Assembly: GCF_902652985.1 (NCBI RefSeq)
Contig: NC_047030.1
Coordinates: 22,444,001-22,508,000 of the forward strand
DNA: 64,000 nucleotides
Origin: Pecten maximus
Taxonomy: Eukaryota
Direction: 5' to 3'
Of the stretch, positions 50,448-62,075 are shown piece after piece; position 1 is the stretch's first letter, and every line of letters begins with the position of its first letter. Below the pieces are notes generated by a model. That model worked only from the letters and a program-made list of their open reading frames with translations, was not told the DNA's origin and did no database searches. Made by a program: the position numbers and the translations under genes.

Positions 50448-53400
50448 CAACACTTTTGGATGCGTATGTGTGATATTGTGCATTCCTATTTCAGGTAAAC
50501 AGTCTAGATCATGTGTGCTTTTGACTGGATTCAGGACATACACTGAAGTGCTAAATGTATATATGTACGTGCATTACATAACCTGTGTACAATTGTAAGT
50601 AACATGTATTATGATATAAAGAGATCGAATAAACACTGAAAAGAATATTTTGTCGTTGTTATTGCTTTTTTAAACGATCTATAAATCCATGAATTCTTTG
50701 AATTTTACAGTTGAACAGAATATTTTGTTGTTGTTGTTTTTAAAAGATCTACGAATCCATGAATTACAGTTGACGTAAAACGAATAATTTCTTCTGTGAT
50801 TGAAAGCAGGTCATTGCGTTTTCTTCTTATTTGGCCACATATACAATTTTAAAATCTGACATCTAGGGTTATGATGCTCTTATTCAGAGAGCTATGTTCC
50901 AATTTTTCAGTAGTTTTAGAAATAGAATAAAAGGGGTAAGATACATTCGCTTTTATATTCTATTGCATCCTCTCCTAAAAAATCCACTCCACAGCAATAA
51001 GCTTTGTACACCAAAACATCAGACAAGCTCATTTTAGTTACCGCTAATTGGCATATCTTTTTAACTATGATATGCTATGCGCCATGTTAGAGTAAATATT
51101 GTGTAATTTTGAAGGAAGATGGCATACATCGTTGATGTTTTGATTGATTCTGAAATGAAGTTGTCGTGTGTGTCAGATCTGTGTTTAGAATTTTCCTAAT
51201 TGAGACTTAACAAACACTATAATTTTGTACTACTTTGAGGATAAAATCTCTCAAAAGATTTGTTTTATTATTTAGACTAGTTGATTGATACTGGTAGCGA
51301 TGTAGCAATACAGAAATGTGGGGTTTTAAAATGAGTATACCTTTTGGAATATCGAAAGGATTATACATAATAAATAACATAATTTAGAAAAATACATTGT
51401 ACGTGATATGTGCCTGATATGAAAACACGAAAGCAGAATATAGTAGAATATTTAGTACCGCACACAGGCTGATTAAAACTTCCATGAAACACACAGATAT
51501 CATAAAGTAATAAGTAGTTGATAGTAAATGCTTACATATATGCAAAGAATACCTGGTATATACACTAGGCACTGGACAAGGAAGATATATTCTTTATAGA
51601 ATTTCAACATGCATACATAACATATTAAATCATCGCACTTGTTATGTACATGTACCATTATGTGATGAAGAAGGTGGGATGTCAATGGTATTGGTCTTAC
51701 AACATTCCTTCAGTTGGTCAAGGCGGCTGTCGATGTTTCGGTATCGTTTGGCTCTGGTTCTGAGTTATCCCCCAAAAGTATGTTTGATGCGCGTTATCTG
51801 GTTGATCGACTGGATCTCTTAGAATACGGAAATGGTGTTAAATATGTTCTAAGGCGGGGGGTTCCATTTTCTTCTTCATATGTTGTGCCATCGTTAAAAA
51901 TGAAAACACAAAATAAGTAAAACAGGAAATAAATATTCAGTTGCATATTTTATTGCATCATGTCCTGCATGACTGACCTTTTCAACAATAATCTTTGCAC
52001 GCAAAACCTAAGACATTCTCATTTTAGTTAATACAAAGTAACATATTTTTTAACTATGATATGCGTCATGTGTAAGTAAATATTATAAACATATGTAACT
52101 TTGAACGGGAGGATGTATCAATTAGTGACTTAATTAATTCATTGATTCTGAAATTAAAGTCGTTTGCTTACGTTTCTTCAACCAACCAGTGACCTTCTAA
52201 CTGTAATACACTGGAGGGTAAAGTATCTTAAAAGAATTAACACACAAGCGTTGAGTTGATCATATTCAACTCTGAATCATGTAATAAACAAAATTCCCTT
52301 ATTAATACGTGATAGTTCCAGCAGAGTCCAATGACCCCACCTGATGGTAAGTCATGAAACTTAGTATTAAATGAAGAAACAAATCGTGATATATGTTAAA
52401 CACTGTCATTATATAGTTATCACGTGTGTAGTTAATATTTTCTGATTTTTCAATGTAATTTTGCCATACCTTTATATCATTTGATACAGTTCTGTTTTTA
52501 AATGTATGCTTTCAATTCATCTCTCTTTAACAACACATCCAAAATGTTAAATTTAATTTCCTTAATTGTGTGCCTGATAAGTGAACACAGGGTGTCGGTC
52601 ATTGTTATAGAATGGTTGTTCAAGAAAAGGCATCCTTGAATGGGACTTTGAAGAACTTTAAAGAGGGTTTGAAGAATTCTTGACATCTGCTTCTGAGGAA
52701 GTATCTTCGAATTAAATACCTACAAATTGGTCAATGAGGCTTTTTGGACTGAAAACAATTCCACCCCTCTTCATTCCGATGGACTCCATCAACATACATC
52801 GTTTTATACAACAATCTACTTCATACCACAAAAGAAATCCTACAATGTGGATGACAATTGTTGGACCACATTGATGACGTCATGGCTAGACCACCGAAAT
52901 GATGACGTCACATATGGCCTAATTAAGGGAGGATGCTGTCTCCGAAACGTAGCCAGCAAAGATAATTCATTTGATTATTTTTTCTATGTTTATTTAGTTG
53001 TGTTAATAAGTGAATTAGCAGTGTATACTTATGCTGTCGGTGGTGTAATTTCTAAGAAAAACCCAAAGGCCTATAGGACTCAATGCTCACCTGATTGGTT
53101 AAATATTGCACTAACCTATAACAAGCCACATACGTCTAGAAACTAAGATATCCTGAAAGGAAATACAGATAAAAACATTGTTTGCATGCTTTACATTTAA
53201 TGTCAGCTTGTTAAAACGTGGTGAAGTCCGAGTTCGATTTCTTATTTTCTTACCTAAATGACTCGCCTTTTTAAACATATGCTATCAATAAATACACAAG
53301 GTGACAGTCTCGTAAAAATACTTATAGTCATCTTTGTGTTTTCTACACTATGGTGGTATACTGGTATAAAATGCGCCATGCTAGAATAATTATTGTTCTT

Positions 53401-54839
53401 TTTTTTCAGAAGACGGTGTGTCTTTTGCAACCCATTCATATTATTACCTATTTAAACATAACACATCCTTGGAGGGAATTCTGTCGAATACCCACTAAAG
53501 GAATAAAATTGTCATGCAATTTATATTTTGTTCTAATACTGATGCTGAATTAGCCATCTAATGATGAGCTTTTCAAAATATTTCTGATGATAATACTTTT
53601 CATGTTTCTATAACAAATTGTCATCTTGTATAAGAGATCACCTTTTCAATTCCATTTAAACTGCAGATACCTCCATTCGAATAAAGACAGATAGTGTAAT
53701 TAAATTAAGAGAAAAAAGAATTTAAAATATTTTAACCCCCCCCCCCCCCCCCCCCAAACACCGCAAAAGAAAAAAAGTTAAAAAGAAAAGAAAAGCAAAA
53801 AAGGGAAATAAAAATCCAAACTGCTTGCTGTATGTATCAACGGATAATATTGAAGAATATTCCATGTTTATTTTAATATATGATAAGTGAAATAACGTAG
53901 GTCACAGTTTACATTAGCTGCTGCTAGTGGAGGACCTATTACGTATATCGGAAACAAATCCTAAATTGAAGTTGTTGAATACATTACTAAATATATAAGC
54001 AAAGAAACGTAGAACGATACTAAATACGAACATCTACAAAGGGTCAAAAAACCCAACACGTCACTTCTTGTTCAGTAGAGAAAGGAATCGTTATACACGG
54101 CTGCGTAAAGCTAGCAGATATGAACTCTGTGACAGATTAATAAAATACAAAGGGATAGGTGGAAACGTTTCGTAATGCTATCAGGTTTAAACCATGCGGT
54201 TAAAGTCGCAGTCTCCTCATATCCATACATACCAATTTTATCAAAATGGACAATATTTAACATTGACCTAATCAGAGGCAAAGGACAGCCAACGGTGGCC
54301 ATTTCGTTGAAATGTGAAACTTCGGTTACGAAAGAGACCAGTGTCCTATGATGTATATACATTTAATAAAAATCGATTAATATTTAAATTTCGACCAATC
54401 CGAGGACAGGAAATAGCGGCCATCTTAAGGGTATATTGCACACCTCCGACGATTGCGAGCATAGCAGAAGTCTTGGATCTTTTTAAAAGCTTGTTGTATT
54501 ACAATACACCTTCAAGCCAAGCTTCATCAAAATCAGACAATATTTAACTCACGATTTTATTGATTAGTGAATACATCAACACGAATTATTATATATATAT
54601 TCCTTCAGTATAAATTAAAAAACACGGCAACCATTGCTTCGCTTATTATTTCATATCTTAATCTATTATCCATGTCCATACAATTGTACTTGATCATCAC
54701 AGCTACGACAATAGTTACAACATTTAGACGTAATAAAGTCGCGTATATGCGTGAATACAAAACTGTGAACAACTTTTGATTAATGCAAGTCATCGGGAAA
54801 TACACATTCAAATATCGAGTTCCACTATATATTCTCTGA

Positions 54840-55085
54840 AATCTCATGTCAGCCCGATATGCCGATATTGTAACCATCGGACAACCAGAAATATGAATGA
54901 CAGCGCCACCTCTGAACATCAACTCGATAGTATTATGAAGGGGCATTATAAATTAGTTAACATATTGGTGAACGGGGAGCTGATATCAACAACACTGACA
55001 AGGATTGAAAAATTCCTCTGATGAAGACTTGTCTAGATTCAAACATATCATAAATATCAACCACAGATACATCATCTTCCAGGTA
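54840..55085 (+). pseudogene. Diverged 5' fragment of the ankyrin gene
   Basis: RTTRNMNDSATSEHQLDSIMKGHYKLVNILVNG, then frameshifts. Confidence 0.85.
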
Positions 55086-55109
55086 AAGTATTGTGTAATA
55101 TTGTGTGAT

Positions 55110-55325
55110 AATGACGATATTTTTAATTCTAGACAAGCCTTCAGAGCCGTTTGTCCATCCTTATCAGTGATGTTGATATCCCGTCCACCAATACCTTTTC
55201 TGATTTATAATGTCCCTTTATGATACTCTGGAATAGCAGTTTGAAGGTGGCACTGGCAATCATATTTCTTGTTATCCGACAGGTTATTATATCAGCAAAG
55301 TCATATGGAATGAGACTAAAGAGAA
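55110..55325 (-). pseudogene. Inverted 5' fragment of the ankyrin gene
   Basis: Reverse complement contains aagggacattataaatcag..ttggtggacggg..atcactgataaggatggacaaac..aaggcttgtctagaatta. Confidence 0.85.
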
Positions 55326-57324
55326 TATCGTATTGTAATATTTCAAGCTTCTTAAGAAGACGGGGGAGACTTCTGTACTAGCGGTGGTCGGAGGTGTTCA
55401 ATGGACTGTTAATTGTCCGATCACCCAACCAAGGTGGTCGCTATTTCCTGTCATCTGATTCGTCGAAATTTAAATATTTTTGATGAAATTTGGTATGCAA
55501 ATTTATTTTATGAAACACTGGTCACTTTCGTAGCCCGCAGTTTGCAGTCCTATAATTGGTTGAATTTGAATATTGTCCATTTTGATGAAATTGGTATGTA
55601 GGGTATAAAGGCACTGTCATTTCAATTGCATGTATTTCGTTACAATATCAACCACGCGGATGATTCTGATTGGTCGAGCTTTGAATATTGTCCGATTTTA
55701 GTGAAATTTGTATATAGGGGCATAATAAGGGACTGCAAATTGAAACGCATGGGGTTAGCTGCCATAGCATTTGCATCTTAGGGACTATGTGGGGAGGGAT
55801 CGACTGGGAGTCTTCTGTTATGGTTTCCAATTACAATCAATAATTCACAAATGACAAATTGTACTTTCTTGAGACTTGATATGTGCATTGATAAAGCAAA
55901 TTTCTTCGGCTATCATATTTGACAGAGTTTCTGACATTTCCTGGCATCTTATTGTTCGAAATCTGAATTACGTCCGATTTTGTTCAAGTTAAGCAAATAC
56001 TTTTAATATCACAAGGCAAAGAAAACTTTCTTCAATTTTATCACCTACGACTAGGGCAGTTTAGTGGACTTTTATAATGGTTCCCGTAACAATGAAAACT
56101 GATAGTTTTACGAAACGTTTCCACTAATCCCTTTGTATATAATAAAGCTGCCATAACATTAATATCTGCAAGCTCTACGCAGTATTGTATAACGATTCCT
56201 TCCTTCACTTAACAACAAGTGACGTGGTTTCCAAGTTAGCTCTTTAATTTGACTTAAATGTTCGTAATAAGTATCGTCCTACATTATATACTGCATATAT
56301 CTATACACATACTGTATATTAATGATAACTATTTACTTTGTGGGTAGGGGGCGTTTGGGGGACTTCTGTAATGGTTTCTAATAACAATTGGTACTTCGCA
56401 AATGATTCCAAATAAAGTGATAAAGTGTCGGGATACCTTAACCACTCGGTCACTCGGACACTGTCTTATATATATATTTTTTTTTTATCTTTTTGTTGTA
56501 AAGTGGGGTTGTTTAGGGTATGATGTAACAAGTTAGAGGAGTTTATCAAAGTCAACATCTTGACAGACGTGAATTGGAAGCATACGTTTAAGGTATGATT
56601 AAAATACATTGAAACTATTAACTACTCTGATGATAGCTATATACTGACAGTACTAGTGTTATATACATATCAGGATAACTATCCCAATTTAACACTAAAC
56701 TACATGGCTTATCATCAGGTGGAGTCATTGGACTCTTTGTAGGAATCATCACATATTCATAACTGTATTTGCTTTATCACTTTTCATATTTTAATGTTAC
56801 CAACACTTGTATATCATTTACTTCAGATACTTTACCCCCAGTGGTTTATAGTTATAGTGGCTGTCACCTCTTCAGTAGGAAGACAGTAAACACACAGAAT
56901 TGAGGCATTTATTCAATATCAGAATTAAATAAAACAACAAGCTGACCTTTAACTTTAAGTGACTAATAAGACTTACCATCAGGTTGGGTATTTTGACTCT
57001 TTGTAGGAACCATCATGTATTTATTATGATATGTTGTTGTTTACTGAATTCATATTTTCAGGTGATAAACACTTGTGTTTTATTTCTTTTGAGTAACGTT
57101 TCCCCAGAGTTTCACTGTTATATTTTCTGTCAAGTCTTCATTAGGAAGAGCTGACGAACACAACAATTTAATATCAGAATTAAAGAAAACAACAAGTTGA
57201 CCTGACGCTTTGAGTATCTTACACAAACCCGTGACATTTATCATCATATCATTCAAATATAAACAAATAGAAGGATGTCATCAAGAACATTCTTCAATAT
57301 CAACATTGGCTGACTTCTTGATGT

Positions 57325-57870
57325 AATAAAGAAGTGAGTGTAGTAAGGGGTGATAACTCTGTTATCGTTCCTTATGGAATGTAATGAAAGTGTTGGCTAA
57401 TTCGCCCATTTTGCCGGCTATTGTAGCGATTTGAGGGTGGAAAAAATGGCACATATAATTTGCCTGATACTTTGATTCATTGTAAAACTCGGCTCGGTCT
57501 AGGTCTGGATGTATCTGGTATCCCTGTGGAGATTCGTATTTATGAGATATTTTAGGCTTAACATGCCAAAATCGACATTTTGACTGAGAGGTTCCTCCCC
57601 CCCCCCCCTCCCCTCCCCCAAAAATGATCATATAAATACATAAATGTTTCCTGATGAAAATGGTTTGTTTAGTGTTTCGATATCTTCAACAGAACGGTCA
57701 CAATATTGTTTTGAAAATGGCCTAGTTTTTCAACCTTCTCAGTATTTTCCCACTCGACAGGGTTATTTTCCTATAAATAGAACGACTGTTTTGATGACGT
57801 AAGACCGGGCGTTTCCTTCCGTTTAGCACGATTGAACAGATGGACCGGGTAGACATATACTACGGTGGCT
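57325..57870 (+). mobile_element. 5' part of a Helentron-type element, same family as 34056
   Basis: gtgtagtaaggggtgataactctgttatcgttcctta terminus and ~500 bp colinear with 34060..34550. Confidence 0.85.
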
Positions 57871-57899
57871 GATTTGTGCTATTTCGTTTCGTACTTCGT

Positions 57900-58129
57900 A
57901 TTAATAAACCTTAATTCTCGTCTTTTCGTCTTTTCGCCCCGAAAACACGAAATTTAACAACCCTTACCTCTCGTCTTTTCGTCTTTTCGCCCCGAAAACA
58001 CGAGAATTAATAAACCTTAATTCTCGTCTTTTCGTCTTTTCGCCCCGAAAACACGAAATTTAACAACTCTTTATTCTCGTCTTTTCGCCCCGAAAACACG
58101 AAAAGACGAGAATTAAGGTTTGTTAAATT
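57900..58129. repeat. 53-bp tandem array (4 units) ending in an inverted half-unit
   Basis: Unit ttctcgtcttttcgtcttttcgccccgaaaacacga..; terminal cgaaaagacgagaattaaggtttgttaaatt is the reverse complement of the unit start. Confidence 0.9.
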
Positions 58130-58135
58130 GGTAGG

Positions 58136-58860
58136 TGTAGGTGTATCAAGGTCATTATATTTTTTACGGCATGTTTTTTTTTAGCTTGATAAGAGTTAGT
58201 ATTGTACGTATTACACATACATACTATTACATAATGGGAGGTGCCACCAGTAAAGGGTTTTATATCAGAGCTTATATTATTGGTAATATCATTACTGAAA
58301 AGACGAAATAGAAAGGGACCAATTCAGGTCTTTGAGGGTTTCCTGCAGATATAAGTCTGCTGCTTGATTTGTAACATTCAAAGATATAACCCTTTGTTTT
58401 CTGTTAGATAGGTAAGCTTTGAACCAATAATATAATCTACCTTTAATTCCATATGGATTTAATTTTTTGTAAGATACCTATATATATAGCTACTTGCCAT
58501 TCAGAATTCATTGCAGTCCTCTGGCAACGGCTCACAACTGTACGCCAAATCGTGACGTTATGTATTCTATCTCGCATTATGACGTCATATAACATGACGG
58601 AGAGCTAAATTTGTCCCATTGTCGTTTGTAAGTCGTGTTCTAATTGGTCAAATCAGAAAAAAAGTGATACATTTCACTATTGGAAAATATCGGAAAGAGC
58701 GTGTTTTTAATGAATATAAGATGTATACAAGCTGATGTATGAAGAAAAAATCAAAGATCAAAATGGTTCATTAATATTGCAAATCTAAGGAAGGATCCCA
58801 GAGCTTCTCAACTCTGGCCTTCCTTCCTTCACTATTTCTGAAAAAAGAAAAGAAAAAAAC

Positions 58861-58892
<32 letters not shown>

Positions 58893-61800
58893 GGTTGGCA
58901 TATTCGTCAGTATTCTACCGAATTGAGAATGGAAAAAGCACAACTGTTAACCTCTGGGAGTAAAGTGCCTCAGATATTATTTAAATGGCACGCAAGCGCT
59001 AAGAAATAAAAACTGAACGTTATGACGGTTTGATGAAATACAAAGGGATTGTCATGAAAAACAGAAGTCATTGTTTTATACACTATAAAAAGCTGTAGGG
59101 GATAAAGTATCTCAAAGGACTTCACAAATCACGCACAGCTGATTACCACCCTTAAATATGAATGAAATGTTAAAGGTGTCTCCAAAATGTCAAAATACCT
59201 CACAGGATGGTAACCCAGGTAACTTAGTGTTAATTGAAGAGAGGAAACATAATATGGACGTATGGCAAAATATTTTAATGAAATTCAAAGAGATGAGCAT
59301 GGAAACACTTTTTCAATACATATGCAAGTATTTATAGTAGGAAATGGAAATATATGCATTAGAAGAGGTGTGGTACATGGATTGTAATACAGTTATGTTC
59401 TTGTACAACCTGTGACACTTATATGATTTGAATATGAATATAATCAGAATGCAGTTATATTTGTCCAATCACGCAAGTGTTTAACATGGACATAATTGAA
59501 ATAGAATTTATTTTTGTTTTCGTTTTTGCTTTCGTAACAATTGATGTGTATGGCTTTTACCGACAAAAGTCTACCGACATCAATCTTTGTGAAAATGCTT
59601 TTTACGCCATAATTGTGATCATAAAATGATAATAATTGCTAATTTGTGACAAGCTTTGAAGTGTGACATCTTGGGTAATACTGTATATGGGATGAATGAC
59701 TATATTGCAAGAACAGACCGGTATAAAACAGATAGCTGAGACAAATCAGAAGGAACTATTACAGCAAACATATCGTACATCATTAAAATTGCTAAAAAGC
59801 ATTCAAATGCTGGACATTTTTAACTTTTATTGTATTTTGAATACGGAGCAGATTTTGATAATCATTAATATCAATATTAGCTTAGAGTAATTGGATTTAA
59901 ACATGGAATACGCATCTAATTTTCTTGCGGGTTCTTAAAAGTAAGAGGTTTTAATTTCATGTAAATGAAATTTATCAGGTTGGCCATTTAAGTTGATTTT
60001 GAACTATGTAAAAGTCCATATTGATTGATTTCCCAATTTATGCAGCTTTTTTCTTTATTAATATGAAGGGCTAAAGCTGAAAAAAGTCACGCAACCAAAT
60101 TCTGTGCAAGCGAAAATGACTGCTTAAGGTATTTGGAAATTATGAAACAAGACGATCAATACCCTTTTCTCGTGAAGATTTTACCGAACTATTAAAAATG
60201 CTACATGTTCATCATTTTGAACACCATAAATGGGTAGATGTTTTATCTGATTAATATTTTCATTCCTTACCACAGTAATAAAACGGGAGAGTACACACTT
60301 TGGAACAAAATTATGAAGGTTTAGGAATGTTGAACTTCAAATTATTAAATGAAAACATCCATTAAAGAGGTCTTTTCTTGCAAGGTCATCAGTTAATCGG
60401 ATAAAACTTACAGTTCAGGCAAAATTGCGCATAATGATGTCTCCACAGATAGACTTTCGACGTATATGTAAAATGATCTTAACAAAATCTTATCAAGTAT
60501 TTCAAATAAGTGATGCACATACATCAAAGGATAAAAAGAACTTTTGAGAATTTGCTTGCCCCTTTTTAAACTACAAGTTGCAGGAATAGGCATATAATTC
60601 ATTATTGATAAATAATAAGCAAACATCAGCACATTTGGCCCAGTTTGGTGCTGAATAACTTTAGGTGACTACATAGGTAGGTAGATGTCTTTGTACCTAC
60701 ATTCTTTTGTTACTATTAGAACATGTGATAACCGATGTATTTTATAGCCCTCCATCTCCATCGTTAACATACATATACAATACTAGACAACGATTTTTTA
60801 TGTCCGAAACCAACCTTTTTTTTTTTTTACTGTTTTCTGTAATTATTAACTTCATAGTAATAATATTTAATATGTCATGTTTCCACAGTGATTCCATGGT
60901 GATATGGCTGTTGGAGATAGTGGAGGTTTACAGTGTGTATACTTGTTAGAATATCACAATGGTTATACATGTAATAAAGAAGAGGCCATGCATCAAATAT
61001 TGGCTCCAACTCTTTGCAGGTATTACAATTATTCATGATAAGAACTATTACTATATTCTCCTTTACTGTCCTACAGTTGCGAGTGTAAATACATTTGTAT
61101 TGTGAAGAACTACGCCATTGATTCTCACATTATATCACATTCTCACATTATGTTACATTCTCGCATCACATCACATTCTCATATAATATCACATTCTCAC
61201 ATTACTATATCATATACGCACATTACATCACATACATTATATCACATTCTCACATTATATTCCATTCAAGTTGGAATCAATGAAACTAACAAGTATCATC
61301 TGTTTTGTTTGTCCATGAACTGGACCAGTTTATCATCAATAAGCGCCTTATGAAAAAAATAAGCGCACAAGCCGCCTGATTCTGCCAAATCCTGTAGGCC
61401 TAGCTCATGCATACATTATTTTGCCGAAATAGGTCTGGGTTAAAAATAACATACATGTGAGCTTATCAGAGCTTTGGAGGGAGTGAATATGACTGATTTA
61501 GATTTTCATAACAGGTCTCATGTATATTAAGAATCTGAGAATTTCGACAAATTCTTTAACAAAAACACTGGTAAAATCCCTAACTCGCGCCCCAGAGTGA
61601 TGCCTATTTTTATATATTCAGAATTAGTTACTAATGTTTTAAATATGCCCATTCATAATCAAAATAAATAAAAGAAGTCATCACTTGAACGGTCCTATTC
61701 TATCATGATCCTGTAAATCGTCAAAGTGGAATAAAACATCCGTGTCAAGTCCCTGTGTCAGGCGGTCGTTACCTCGCATCCATTATAAACAATTTATACC

Positions 61801-62075
61801 AGGAAGATCAATTGATCAAAATGGACAATCAGTAAACATTCAATCAATGAAGCTTCGCTTTTAGTCAGTTGTAGAGCCCGCGTCAAAGTTACAACCAACT
61901 CTGTAACAGATTTCGCAAAGATGGCTGTTCAGTTTGAATCAGACACCCGGAGAACAAAATCTAGTTATTACTCTTCCGCGCAGCTGACGGAGCGTTTTTA
62001 TAATTATTTCTAAACTCGTTAAACAAATCAATTTTGCAACTTAATTATGCTATTTTTAAAATGTTATATAGTAAA
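58136..62075 (+). repeat. Segmental duplication unit D (upstream region only, lacks the fold-back MITE)
   Basis: Colinear with 3640..8427. Confidence 0.95.
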
